Shown: positions 50,462 through 64,000 of the stretch, in pieces
Numbering within the stretch: the first letter of the stretch is position 1
Layout: every line of letters starts with the position of its first letter
Assembly (NCBI GenBank): GCA_964016885.1
Contig: OZ024743.1
Location: 172,298,001-172,362,000 of the forward strand
DNA length: 64,000 bases
From: Eledone cirrhosa
Taxonomy: Eukaryota
Direction: 5' to 3'
Position numbers and translations under genes: made by a program
Notes under the pieces: generated by a model
The model's input: the letters and a program-made list of their open reading frames with translations, nothing else
The model's database searches: none
What the model was told of the DNA's origin: nothing

Positions 50462-53400
50462 TAAAAAAACAACAAAAAGAAAACCCCGTGACCAAGAAAT
50501 ACCGGGATGGCGGCCGGCGGGGAATAGCCGTGTCTCTAGGGGAGAACGACCCCTCTAGTCTTGGTTGACACTCGTTCTTGAAGTGGTAACACGAAATGAT
50601 TACCCCTTGGCGGATAAGGATAAAACGCGACAAAATAAAGTAAATGTCTAATGATAAAATCTCATACCGGATCGGCCGTCACCCGGGTCAAAAAGGGCCG
50701 CGTCCCTCAGAGAGGAACCAGACTGAGGTCGAAAAATCAGCTAATGGTTCAAACCTTCCCATCACTTCGGAGCTGGAGACCTCCCATAACCGGAATACTC
50801 CTACTGTTGGCCCTCCATGCTCACCACCAAGAAATCCAAAGAAAAAGAGAGAAAAATGGTCAAGGGAAGATAATAAAGAAGTCCTTGAGGCTTTCTACAC
50901 TGCCATGTACTACCCATCAAATACATCGAATACAGAACAGACATATATCAACTGGAAAAAGAAACATCCCGAAAACAGAGGCTATATTGACAGTAACAAA
51001 CTAGCCAATATACGAAGAAATATTGTAAGAAAAAAGTTACTAACTGATATAGAAATTGATCAGATCAAGCTATTAGCACAAAGTCAGCGAAGGGAAAATG
51101 AAACATGTGTCAGTGAAAACGAGGTAAACTGTAACACTTCGGATCCCAGGGTTGGGGCGGAATCACTGGCAACAGAACAATTTAAAGAAAGGATCGAAAA
51201 AGTGGAGGGTGTGCATGCTCAGGATGAAACTCCAAATGAAAATAATGAGATCGTAAATGATAAAGAAATGAATGAGAATGAACTTGCCAACTTGAAGGAT
51301 GAAATTATGATCGAATGGATGAAAATGAAAGAATCTGACATGGGGCAACGAGACACCCTCCCTAAGATCCAGAACTCCAAACAGAACCAAAAGATAATAC
51401 ACAAGACTAACATAATTCTCAAAAACATTATCATCACAAACAAACTAAACATTACTGATTTAAATCATCTCTATTATGCATCGGCTAAAGTCACCACTCA
51501 CTTATGTGGAGTGAAGATGAAAAAACAAAGGAATTCCCACAAGAAATCTACTTGGCAAGAGAACATCAATCGCCAGATAAACCTTCTCCGATCTGACATA
51601 GAAATTTTAACAAACTATAAAGTAGGTGAACATGTTAAACAAACTAAACTTAGAAAATTGAAAAAAAAGTACAGTATAAAATCAACATGTGACATAGACA
51701 TGCTGATAGAAATAATCAAGCAAAAAGTGTTGGCCAAAGCTGCTCGTATAAGGCGCTTTGAAAAACGATCTAGATTCTATAAGGACAATAATATGTTCAA
51801 AAACAACCAAAGAAACTTCTACAGAAAAATTGGTAAGTCAACAATAACTGCTAAATCAATACCACCCAAGGAGGAAGTGCAAGAATTCTGGGAAAAGATC
51901 TGGGCCGAAGAAAAAGTTCATAACATACATGCCCCATGGATAGACAGACAAATGAAAGATACAGCTCACCTTGAGGAACAAACATGGGAAAATATAACAG
52001 TTGAACAGTTGCGCTTGGCTCTAAGAAAAACCAGCAAATGGAAATCCCCAGGAAAAGACAAAATACAAAACTTTTGGATAAATGCCTTCACAGAGTCTCA
52101 TGAGCTGTTAGCCCAACTTTACAATGAAATAGTTAAGGAGCCAGAAAAGATACCTTCATGGCTAGTTAACGGCATTACATTCCTGCTTCCGAAGAATGAT
52201 GAGACAAACAATCCCAAAAATTACAGACCGATAACTTGCTTGACCACAATGTATAACATTTTAACATCAGTCCTGACTGAATACAGATATGACCACCTGA
52301 TAACAAATGACCTATTTCCCATTGAACAGAAAGGGTGTAAACGAGGCTCAAATGGCTGTAAGGATCAGCTTTTGGTTAACAAAATGATACTGGAAGATTG
52401 TCATAATAGACACAAAAATCTATCGATTGCTTGGATAGATTATAAAAAAGCATTTGATAGTTTGCCACACAGTTGGATTGAAAAATGTTTAGAGATTTTC
52501 AAAATATCCCCCGTTGTCAGGAGGTTTTTGTCATTCAGTATGAAGACATGGAAAACGACACTCCTTTTGAATAGTGAAACAAAATCACTGGAAGCTGGAG
52601 AAGTTAATATTAATTGTGGAATTTTTCAGGGTGACTCTTTATCACCGCTTTTATTCTGCATCGCACTTATACCATTAAGTAAAATGCTCAATGAAACAAA
52701 ACATGGATATAAAGTCTATGACAAAACCATTAATCACCTGTTCTACATGGATGACCTGAAACTATTTGCAAAAAATGATGAACAATTGCAAGGGCTATTA
52801 TCCACTGTGAAGCAGTTCAGTGATGACATTAGAAGGAGTTTGGACTAGATAAATGCGCCAAATCAACGTTCACCAGAGGAAAGCTGCTGAAGAGTTCAGA
52901 CATTAATCTTGATCGGGGGAACGTGATAAGAGAACTTGATCAAGAAAAAACTTACAAATATCTAGGTGTTTGTGAAGGAGACGGAATCAAGCACTCGACA
53001 ATGAGGGAAAGGATAAGGAAGGAATGTTACCGCAGAGTAAGATCAATCATAAGAACGGAATTGAATGCAAGGAATAGGATCGATGCCATAAACACGCTTG
53101 CCATACCAGTAGTAACCTACAGTTACAATGTCATCAACTGGTCAAGCACAGAGATCCGTAGGCTCGATACAAACATTCGAAAATTCTTAACCATGCACAG
53201 AATGCATCACCCTAAGGCAGATATAGATAGAATATATCTCTCTAGGAAAGAAGGAGGACGTGGGTTAATCCAGTTAGACATTGCGTTGAAAACTGCAACA
53301 ATTGGATTATCTACATATCTAAGGGAATCACAAGATTGGATGATCAAACTCGTTTTGAAACACGAAGCACCAAAAGATCATATTCCATTACAAAAGATGC

Positions 53401-54448
53401 ACAAAGATACAGTAATGGACTACAAATTTCAGAAGTCCCATTTACTGCTGAAATGGAAAACACAGAAAAAGCAAAGCAGGTAAAAGTAACTGCAAAGAAA
53501 GAACTGCTACAGAAACTGGCTAAGAAATTGCAAGAAAAACCTCTGTATGGAAAATACCCAGAACGAGCTAACAATCCTGATGTTGACAAAACCTTAACCT
53601 GTCAGTGGTTGGCATCCTCTGGACTGAAATCGGAGACTGAAGGACTGATTATATCAGCACAAGATCAGTGTCTGCCAACAAAAAATTACCAAGCCAACAT
53701 AATAAAAAATGGATGCAGCCCATTATGCCGTGTATGCAAAAAACAACCAGAGACCATTGACCATATAATTTCAATGTGCAGTCCTATAGCTCCAACCGAA
53801 TACCTAAACAGGCATGACAGAGCTGCACAATACATACATTGGATAATGTGTAAGCATTTTGACCTGCCCCATCAAAAGAATTGGTGGGAGCATCAACCAC
53901 CTCCCACACTTGAAAAAGATCACATCTCAATCTTGTGGAACTTTAGCATCCAAACAGACCGAAAAATAGATGCAAACAGACCTGATATAATATTGAAAGA
54001 CTTTCAAAAGAGGGTATGCCTGCTAATTGATATGTCTGTTCCAATAGACAAGAATGTATCTATAAAAACATTTGAAAAATTGAGCAAGTATAAGGACCTG
54101 AAGATAGAAATTGGAAAAATGTGGAAATTGAGAACTAAAACAATACCAGTGGTTGTAGGCGCTCTGGGAATGATACCTAAGGGGTCTAATGATTACTTAT
54201 CGCAAATCCCAGGAAACCCGCGTATAGGAGAAATACAAAAGATAGTACTAATGGGAACTGCCCATATACTAAGGAAGATTCTGTCAATATAAGTACATCA
54301 CAAGTCTAAACACTAAAGATGCATGTGTGAATATGTATGTTCTTTCTTGAACATGGCGGACCTTTTTGTCTCTTGAGGTCACTGGTTGTGACTTGGTGAT
54401 AACTCGTATGAACATAAAGCAAGATAAATGCAACTATAATAATAATAA
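50462..54448 (+). mobile_element. Near-full-length R4/Dong-clade non-LTR retrotransposon with (TAA)n 3' end
   Basis: Single ORF with RT and RLE; the 3' end runs into TAATAATAATAAT at ~54437. Confidence 0.93.
50644..54292 (+). pseudogene. R4-type RT-RLE polyprotein, two frameshifts (~52835, ~53375)
   Basis: WKSPGKD, NYRPITCL, EQKGC, WIDYKKAFDS, GIFQGDSLSP, FYMDDLKL, YKYLG, GGRGL, CRVC..ETIDHI..C, RHD, RPDI..LIDMSV, K..KY. Confidence 0.93.
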
Positions 54449-54489
54449 TGACTTCTTTATTGGCCACAAGTGCTGACATCAAGTAAAAC

Positions 54490-56432
54490 ATTTCAGACGG
54501 CACAGGACGGTACGATCTGGGTTTTGTGCGTGTAAATATTTTTATTATTTATATAAGAAAAGAAAAAAATAGACATAGAAACATATACATATGTAAACAA
54601 TAAAAATGAAAATTGAAACAATGAAAAATTCCCCCAATAGGAGGGAAACCTCCGAGGGTTACTCGTGGAGAAAACCACACAAAAGACCACGGCCACCCTG
54701 ACTACCAGGGCAAGCGCCCTCTCTCAATTTTTCCGTTTCTCAAACTACAGACGTATATTCGGAGCTGTCCCGTTCATTCGGACCATTCTCGCTACATTCA
54801 CCCACCTTTCAACAAACTTGCTAGAAGGCAACACTTGCCTCTCCACTCTGATTTTCCTCTTCAAGTGAAACTTGGAAAAGTTAATTAGGGATTCGCCGAA
54901 GAGGAAAGTGTCTGTCTTTAACCCTTTCAACCTTGTCCACCACACAATCTGCCCAAGGGACTCAGTCGATAACCTGATCAGTCCCACACGCGAGAGCAAC
55001 TGTTCGACATAGCTCCACATGTCAGCAATGCTCGGGCACTGAACGAGTACATGCACGACGGTTTCGTCGCTCTGCTTGCATCTCGGACAGGCTCCGCTGA
55101 CGGCACTTCCGTGCCTGTAGAGTTTATCTCTAACCGGCAGCGCTCCCCGGTAGCACTGCCAGATCAGGGATTTTTGGAAGTTATCCATAGGCCCTGGGCT
55201 GAAAGTCCTCCGGAAGAGAGCAAACAGCTGATCTTCTTCGACGCCCAGGATCTCTCCGAGGACGTCGTCGCTCTTCCCCTCCACTAGACCTCTATAGAAC
55301 GCCGAGGTGGATGTTCCACCGATACTGGTACCCAACTGGCAGTGAGCGCCTGGAGACATTCCAGTTTCCAAGCGCTATCCATCGGTCTTTTTCTAACCCA
55401 GGACTGCAGCTCCGTCAAGGAGACGAGCTGTGGGAAAACGTGGCTGGCGAACGGCGACCACACCTGTTCACCGTCAAGGAAGCACCAGAGATGCCGCAGC
55501 CTCAGCGCATGTTTGCGCATCATCAGCCATGACATGCCTTGTCCTCCACGCAACGGGTGTTGACAGCAGATGGATCTTCTGACCATGGGAACGCGTACCT
55601 TCCACAAAAAGCGGAATAGGAGGCGCTCCATTTTGGTGAGAGTTGGGCTGGAGCAAGGGACGACGGTGAGGCGGTAGCAGATGACGGATGCGATGCACGC
55701 ATTCGCCACCTCCGCCCGACCTTTCAGGGACAGCTTCCTCTCGGCCCATTTCTGGGTGAGGGAGACCACCTTGCTGGTCACCTCGCTCCAGTTTTTCTCC
55801 ATCTGGAGGTCCTGTCCGAACCAGACCCCGAGAAATTTAACCGGTCCGTCCAACGCCCCACGACGCTGTCGGACGTCATGGACTTGTCTCTCCAGGTGCC
55901 GAACTGCAAGCCCACCGACTCTTCCTGGTTTATCTTTGCTCCTGTCACCGCTTCCTATTCCTTCAGAGTGGTGCCGAGCATCTGGACCTGTCTGGTGCTA
56001 GAGACCACCACGGTGACGTAGTCGGCGTAAGCCGACTCGGATTTCCCACATCCTAGTTCGCGTGGGACGTCCTCATCGCCCCCAGTTTGTGCAGTAACGG
56101 CTCGAGAGCCAATACGTACAAGAGGGACGAGAGGCGACAAACCTGGCGGACTGAGCGCATGATGCTGAACGGCTGCGACAGGTGACCGTTCACCCTCACA
56201 ACTGAGCAGATGTCTCAGTATATCGCAGAGATCCAACTCCTGAAAATGGGCCCGAAAACGGCTCCCTCGAGGACCGCCGCCAGGTACCGATGGTCGACCC
56301 TATCGAATGCTTTGGATTGATCCAAGTTGATCAGGACCCCACCCGTGTTAGGTTTTTTAACCACCCTCTCTATGATATATCGCATGAGGTGGAGGTTGTT
56401 GTGTATGGATCTGTCCAGAATGGCGCATCCGT
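54490..56432 (-). mobile_element. Tx1/L1-group LINE, 5'-truncated and frameshifted
   Basis: LDQSKAFDRVDH, AYADYV, KFLGVWF, WAERKLSLKGRAEVAN, CPRC..ETVVH..C (CCHC). Confidence 0.85.
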
Positions 56433-57435
56433 CCAATATCCTTGCACACAATCTGGGCCTGGTGATTTGAAGTTGGTTAGTTTATTCGTCTGCTTTTTAA
56501 GAGTTTCAACCGTGATACTCAAATCAGGTTGTTGGTGTGCTTGTTCACTAATCTCCTTTTTAACTTTCTGCCTGACTATTATAGTCAACATCCTGCTCCC
56601 ATAGTATTCTCCAAAACGCCTTAGTCTGTTCAGGCTTCAGGTATCACGTCGTTACCACTTTCTTTCCCTTCAAGCTGTTCAAATAACATCTGGTTGTTGT
56701 CAAACATGCAGTTCTGTCTATAATGACTAACTCTGTTCTCATATCGCTTAATCTTCGAAATTTTTGCTAAAATGCGTTGCTTATGCGTTGCTTATCTATG
56801 ATAACATTTAGCTCTTTTTCCTGAGTGTTGTATTTTATTTTCAATATATCTAGTGCCTATGTTTTGTAACGTCCCGTTTAGTGAAGACTCAAGCTTTCCA
56901 GTGTATTTTCTCATTTCCTTAATTTGACCATTCAGTCGTGTCTTCCACCAAGGCTCTGTCCTTTCTTGTTTGTTGTTTCCTCTCGCTTTTGTACCAAGTA
57001 ATTTTTTCACCACATTTGCGGTTGTTTTGAGGATGTTGTTACATTGTTGAAGGTTCCTCGCCTCAAGGTATAGGATGACCTTGTTTACCTTAGCTGTCGT
57101 TTCTTTTAACTTTTTCCTGTCTACAAATCTGAGGTTCATAGGTTTTCCACTATCATTGTTCATTTCATCTACCACTAAGTTCAGGATATCAACCAAATCT
57201 TGCCCTAGCCCGTCAGCATTCATTTCCTCAATGGCCGTATCTTTGTTCTAGATGTTATTTATTTCAGCATTCAGGTAATTTCTGCTTCGGTTGCTTCCTC
57301 AGGTCTCTCAATCTCTTCACCTTCATTTACCACTGGCTCGTTTGCCTGACATACTCCACTATCCATTTCCAACTTCATGTCTCTGCTCAGTTTCTCCATT
57401 TCCAACTCGCTTATCCATAAATTAGTTCTTATTAC
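56433..57435 (-). mobile_element. Fragment of a second R4/Dong-like family
   Basis: LRFVDRKKL, EPWWKTRL, NFKSPGPDCVQGYW. Confidence 0.75.
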
Positions 57436-57436
57436 A

Positions 57437-58060
57437 CGCGCCTGGTGTCGAGCGCCAAACACTTCGAGGCGATCGGCACTACACTCAGAATACGAGACAG
57501 TGACAGGAGCAATGATTAACCAGGAAAAGTCGGTGGGTCTGTGGCTCGGTACCTGGAGAGGCAGGTCCATGCCGTCCAACAGCGTTGTGGGGCTCTGGAC
57601 GAAAGAACTGGTTAAATTGCTAGAGGTCTGGTTCAGTCCGGACCTCCAGATGGAGAAAAACTGGAGCCAGGTGACGAGCAGGAAACCTCTCTCACCCAAA
57701 AATTAGCAGAGAGAAAGCTATCCCTGAAAGGTCGAGAAGATGTGGCGAACGCGTACATCGCGTTCGTCATCTACTACCACCGGACCGTCGTGCCTTGTCC
57801 TAAACTTCGCCTGACTGCTTTGGAGCGTTTGCTCTTTCGCTTTTTGAGGGCTGGGCATGCCGTGGCTGATGATACGCAAATATGCGCTCAGGCTACGACA
57901 TCTCCACCTCTTTCTCGACGGTGATCAGATGTGATCGCCGTTTGCTAGACGCATTTTCCCCCAGCTCGTCTCCTTGGTGGAGCTGCAGTCCTGGATCAAG
58001 CGAAGACCGACCGAAAGGGAGCGCTTGGAGTTTGGAATGTCTTCGGGCTTTCCCCACGAG
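57437..58060 (+). mobile_element. Tx1-like fragment, opposite orientation to 54490-56432
   Basis: YETVTGAMINQEKSVGL.LGTW, VWFSPDLQMEKNWS. Confidence 0.8.
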
Positions 58061-58633
58061 TGACCCTCTGAGCCCAATCCCTTATACGAATATACAATTT
58101 ACCAGTCAGATATTATTCTTAGCATATTGACTGTTGCCTAGTTGTCTGGACTCCTAACTTTTAACTTTTAATGTCTGAAATTTCGATTTTTTTTTCTTGG
58201 TTTTTCGGGTTGTGGAACTTTAAATATTTTCTATGATAAGTTCTATTAACCATAGCAGTAGGTAACTTACTCGCTTTGGTGTTGATGGTCTGTATATCAT
58301 CCAATCAAGAACGGATAGCGGGTACAAATGCACTGAAATGCTACTGGTTGCCAAAGCTAGCAGTAAATAAATTTTGGTTGGTTTGAACTCACACTGACCA
58401 TATCGAGTTGTCGGCCGAGGAGGTGGGGGACTGGTAGCTAGAGGGAACAAATAAGGTTGGTAGTATTCTGAGTGTAGTTGAGTGGTCAGCCACCCATACC
58501 CCTGCAACTGCGCAGGGCTGTCGGGATGACCTGAAAATTAGAAGGAAGCGGACACCCAGAGCAAAAATATTTTTTTAGTCTGCTCCATTCCACATAGAAT
58601 TGCCTCAGAAATGTTTCCTTTTAATCAGTTTTT

Positions 58634-58686
58634 GCTGTCTGAAGAGATCACGATATTTATCGTCATTGAAATATATATAACGTCTC
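58634..58686 (+). ncRNA. Type I hammerhead ribozyme (short stem I)
   Basis: TGT CTGAAGA(58639) GAT C ACGAT attt ATCGT C ATT GAAA(58668) TATATA TA ACG. Confidence 0.8.
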
Positions 58687-58812
58687 AATTAATAAAGACT
58701 CTAACATCTTCAACTTCGCATTTTCATCTTTATTAATATACTCTGTCATCCCTGTTTTTAGGAGCTAATATGACGTTGAGTGCTGGAGATGAATTGCATC
58801 CTCGTATACCGA

Positions 58813-58870
<58 letters not shown>

Positions 58871-58923
58871 GGAAAATATGAAACGAAATTTCATTTCCCA
58901 CTCTTAGTACGGCTGTTACATAC

Positions 58924-59021
<98 letters not shown>

Positions 59022-60519
59022 GTGCGTGTGTGTTTATATATGCGTATGTGTGTGTGACTGTATATACATATATCTAATGTCTGATTATAATCTAGTAGTA
59101 TCATAAGCATAACTAATCATCGTCCTAAATATTATAAATAGTGATGTTATTGTTGTTATTGTTGTGTTTGTCATGGTGTTTGTTGTTCCTGTTGATCAAA
59201 GCAGCGGCTGGACATCACTCGTCTTAATCACTTTTCTTCATCACTTGTCTTAATCACTAGACTTAATGGTACCAGTCCGACCAAGCACAAATGAACTAAA
59301 GAAAGTGGATGAAATGATGGACTACCTGCTGAGATTTAGTAGTAAACATGTCAATAATTAGTATTAGAACTATACCCAGAGACTACAAAATCAACCAATC
59401 AGAAAACGGATACATCTACTACTAGAACCTAACAGATAAGTGATTCATATGCCTGCTGCCATCACTACAAGATACTAAAACCTGGCCAGCTGCATATCCC
59501 AATGAATGCATAACTGCACCTATGATTGCGTAAACATCTGATGAAGTCACATGAATAACCATGTAACAGAAATATATATCATGCAATAAACAATTATGGT
59601 GAATTAATCCCATCTTAACTACTCTTATTTGATAAATGATTACTCGGTCACACCTAATCACCAACATCTACCTGGGATAAACTACTGACGTGAAGTGCTT
59701 TTGGATTGCTCGCAGATTGAAGGAGTGTGTGCTGGGTGAAGGAGAAATTCTACATGAGTGAGTTTGCGCCGAAGTGGCAGTCGCAATGGTGGCATTGGCG
59801 GTGATGGAGCTTGTGGTGGCGTTGCTGGTGCGTATGTATGCTGTGTGATGCTAGTGCTACTGCTGGTGATGCGTGCGTGCGCGGGTGTACAAGCCCTCGC
59901 GTATAAATACGTGCAGGCATGTGTGGCAGGCTTGGGTGAGTCAGTAATGTTGGCTGGATGTCTGTGTACGAGTAAACTACGCGCGTGTTATGGTCAGAGA
60001 CTAGGGGATTCGTGTTCTCACAGATCTACATCTATATGTATGCAACTATATAGATCTACATCTATATATATGCATATACGTGCGCATGTAGTAGTGTTGG
60101 GGGTGAGTTAGTGATCTTAATGATGTTAGTTGTAGAATGTACGGATGTTCTGGCTATGTTAGGGGAGGCTTACTGAGTATTGTGGTTGGCCGTATGTGTA
60201 AAGGGTAAACTGTGCGTGCGTGGTGGTTAGTGTGCGTGTCTGTGAGCGCACGTGGTTGTGTGCGAGGGTTCATGTGGCGCTGCGTGTTAGTGTATTCATG
60301 GTCAGCTGAATATGGGTGGACATGATGCTGGAAGTGTTTGTGTGTTAGGGGGGGTGCGCACGCGGATGCACAAGCACACGCATGTCGTGGTAGCTGGCCA
60401 TGCATGCACTGGGTCAAATGCGCACGATCAAGGTTGTGAGTGTACGTGCGTGCGCGCACAAATACATAAACGTATATATATGCGTAGGTGTGTGTGGGGG
60501 GACGGGCCGCCCAGTCGGA

Positions 60520-62830
60520 TGCCCCAGAGGTGCTCGGCAAATCCCACCCACAAACCACGGTCGGTTTGGTTAATATAGAGGGCCTCACATAGTGTGCAGC
60601 AGATCCCGTAAACGAGACTCGTAGAGGTGCAGCGGAAGGAGTCCCTAATATGGAAAGTTCGGCCGGTGGGTTCGGGGAGAGTGGTGATGTTGGTGAGGAA
60701 AGGACAGGTGTGGCAGCGGGGTCGGGAGCAGGAGTGGGATCCTGTGGGAGTGTGGGAGGGGGAACCAAATTGCGGGTGAGAAGATTAGGGAGGTTGGGTG
60801 CACGCTTGAAGGAGGGGAGGGTGAGAAGTGGTAAACGAAGGCCGTAGTGGGGTCAACCTGGATGTTGCGGAAGAGACGGAGGATCGCCCTCTGGAGAGGC
60901 TAAGTGGAGGGGTGGTATGTAAGGGGGAAGGGAAACCAGTTGATGTGAGGTGGTGGCGTGATGTGAGGGTGTGAGGGCGAATGACATCACGGGCTCGGGT
61001 GGGGGTTGCCTAGACCAGGTTTGGGTTTACCCTCACCGAGTGAAGCGTTTAACCATATATTGGGCCTCCAAAACATGGGTTCCGCTGCACAGTTAGTTAA
61101 GATGGAGCAATTGGACGTAGGGGATCGAATGCTTGGTGTGGTTGTTGTGCGAGGATGTGAACACGAGGTAGCGGTGAGAGTCGGTGGGTTTAAAAAAGGC
61201 GGAGTTGTTGATGGAACGGTGGGAGTGTTTGATAGAAGAGAGATGTCATGGAAGTGGTGGAGATGGGGTTCTGAAGTCAAGAATGGGGTGAAAGGGGAAG
61301 AATGAGAGGAAGGAGTTGATCTATTCAATGGTGAGTGTGTTGGCGTCGATACTGTAGTCGAAATACTGACTGTATAGGTCCAGGGTGAGACCCGTGTATT
61401 GGTCAAAGATTCGGGCCTCAACGTAGCCGACGAATAATTATGCATAGTTGGAGCATATTCTTGTGCCCATGGCAACCCCGGTTACCTGTAGGTAGACCTC
61501 ACTCGAGAAGGAAAAGCAATTGAGGGTAAATACCCACACAGTAAGGCAGATGTGGGTTGAGGGGGAGGAGCGGAGGTCAAGGAAGTGTTGGGGGGTACAG
61601 AAGTCCTTCGATGTGTAGAATGACGCTGTAGAGGGATTTGATGTCGAGGTGTGAAAAAGGGGGGGGGGCAGGTAGGAAGAAAAAGGAATCGAAATGGCGG
61701 AGGGTGTGGTTGGTGTAGGAGATGTAAGAGGGGAGGGAGGCATCTAGATGTGCGTGGGTGAAGTCGAGATAGGCGAAGATGAGTTCTGTGGGGCAGTGGC
61801 AGGCGGAGACGATGGGGGTGGCCAGGGGTGTTAGGTTTATGCATTTAGTGAGGAAGTACATGTGCGTACGACGAGGCTGGTGACATTGGATGGTGGGGGT
61901 GAGGAGGTGACGAGTTGATGGATCGTAGGGGAAATTTGTTGCTGGTATTCTAGGGTGTGGGTTGGAGAGTAGGTGGGGTAGAATAGGGGGTTGTGGAGCT
62001 GGCGTAGCTGCTCCGTTTTGTAGAGGTCGGCGCACCACATAACCACGGTGCCACCCTTGTCCGCCAGTTTGATAGCATGTCATCATGGATTCGGAGGGAG
62101 CAGATGGCAGCGAGTCCCACCCAGTGGCGTATCCGGAAGTCGAACCGATTTACTACGCTGTGCCACGAATATGTCCAGGGTGCTGATCTGGCTGGGGGGG
62201 GGGGGGGGGCATCCCTTGTGATAGCTGTCGGCCTAGTTACAGAAAGCTGTAAGGGTAATTGGGTGAGGGCGGGGTGCGATGAAAGTACGTCTCTATTTTC
62301 GTGCGGTACAGGAACCTTTCGACGTCGGTGCGAGTGCAGAGGTCGTAGCTGTGGGTTGTGAGGGGTACGACGCCTGGTATAGTAACAAGTTGTAGGTTAG
62401 AGGGAGGTGTAGTACGATGGTGAGGAGAGTTGGTCATGGAATAGGTGGTGGAAGGAGAGGGTGTGGTTGTTGGGGTGGGAGTGTTATGAGTGTGGTTGGC
62501 CGTGAGAGTGGGGAGAAGAAGAGAATTAAGTTTACGTCGTTTGGCGGAGGTAAAGAAGTTGAAAAGTAGGTGGTTGAGGTGATAGATGAAGAAGAGGATG
62601 GAGTGTACGAGGAAAGGATGACAGGTGGAACAGAGATGAAGGAAAGTGTGTGGGTTGTCGTGGTCGAGGGTGCGGATCTACAAGGTGGAGCGGAGTGTGG
62701 CACGCAGGTGAAGGTGGGAAGAAAGGGTGAGGATGGGGTCTATGTAGGTGGACGAGTAAGTTGTAGGGTGGAAATGGAGGCGGAAAACATGGAGAATGAG
62801 ATGGGGTCAAGGCAGCAGCTGAGAAAGGTG
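60520..62830 (-). mobile_element. Highly degenerate GC-richer PLE (Neptune/Poseidon-like)
   Basis: KLADKGGT, PGHP..IVSAC.CPTE, YLQVTGVAMGT...YA, and a C..C.ALYI motif near 60570-60600. Confidence 0.7.
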
Positions 62831-63699
62831 ATGTGAATGGAGTAGCGGGGTTTTTTAAGAGGTGAGAGAGTTAGAGTGTGGGCTGGATGAAGAAGAGGGA
62901 GAGGGGTGAGGTACATGGTTAGGGAGGAGCAAAGGTGGTGGAGGAAAGATTTCTGGTTGGCAGGATGTCTTTTTAGGTAGAGGCACGTAGATAGTGAGTA
63001 GATAGATGCAAGAGGGAGAGTAAAGTAGGTGGTGGGTCCCGGAAGATTTGTGTTACGAATACAGTGCAGCCATTCCCGATTTTGAACTTACCTACCTGGA
63101 TTCTATCCATCTCGGTCTCCTCTAAACTCGAAAAACTCACCTCACTATTTCAATACACACCAACAACTACACATCTCTGCCAAACACACAGACTAGCATA
63201 CACACTCGCGCGCACATACACGAATGCGCCCAAGAGGACCTGGATGTGTGCCTGTATGTGCGCGCGCGGGCGCATGAGTACAAACATTTATATACACTTC
63301 CAATAACAATACACTTAACATCATCAACACACGCGAAAACGTATCGTAATATGCACCCAACCAACACACCCACACTCTGCACGTCTGCTACCCTTACCCC
63401 GACCTCCACACCTACACGCTGAACCACACTCCCACACACCACTAATACTCCTCCTCTGCCGCTCCTTTTTGTTTTTTGTTTTTCTTTCTAATTTTATTTT
63501 TAAAACAATTTTATTTCTATATTGATTTTTATTGTTATTTTCTTTGCACTTTTCCTTTTGTGTTTTTCCTGATAAAGGACAAATGCCCAATACGTTCACT
63601 ATGTAACTCATTCTACTTCCTCCAAGCGTGAAAATAATACACTTCATGTTATTGTATTCTCTTGTTTATTCGTTTCTTGTTTCTTGATATATATATATG

Positions 63700-63905
63700 G
63701 TACACCGAGCACCTCCGTGACATCCGTCTCGGCTCGTGTTCCCCCATTGCCCGACACTTCTACTCAGCCGGACATTCCGCTCACAACTTGACCGTCTGCG
63801 GCCTGATTGCATGCCCAGGAACCCCAGATACCCGACTGAGAGCCGAGCAACAGACATGCCAACTACAGACATGCACCGCCCCCGGTTTGAACTCCACACC
63901 CTTCT
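63700..63905 (+). mobile_element. PLE GIY-YIG C-terminal fragment
   Basis: EHLRDIR...PIARHF...GH...R...EQ...L.T..PGLN. Confidence 0.7.
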
Positions 63906-64000
63906 GGCTTTAGCCCCCGAATGACACCACTATCCACCATCGACCATCACCCACCCCTACCTTCCACTAATTCCAATAACCTACTACCATCAGCCCACTC

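Overview
AT-rich eukaryotic (animal) genomic DNA made almost entirely of nested, mostly decayed transposable elements and (TA)n/(CA)n/(GGT)n/(GAA)n simple repeats, with a 200-N assembly gap. No host gene is evident. The tRNA-headed SINE family (…GGGGTCGATAAAATAAAGTACCAG…) resembles cephalopod (Octopus) SINEs; this is an inference. Contents: about ten Penelope-like element (PLE) fragments (YRDD-type RT, GIY-YIG, inverted pseudo-LTRs), a degenerate Helitron (Rep + Pif1), a near-full-length R4/Dong element with a duplicated 5' half, a full-length RTE with an 11-bp TSD, two 5'-inverted RTE fragments, and CRE, HERO-like, Tx1 and CR1-type pieces. The main hidden signal is RNA structure. By eye there are about 17 type-I hammerhead ribozymes (HHR) plus several degenerate ones. 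Most have a 1-bp stem III with a palindromic 6-nt loop (dimer-type PLE HHRs). Across several sequence-divergent families they share an invariant stem II pattern: 3 bp, then a C·C/C·U/C·A mismatch, then a long extension. Two HHRs are split in or next to the core by later insertions. One canonical HHR sits in a ~320-bp retrozyme-like unit. A pseudoknot with a compensatory base change lies at the R4 5' end, and a repeat carries the HHR half-cores in reversed order. All coordinates and folds were read manually and element boundaries are approximate.
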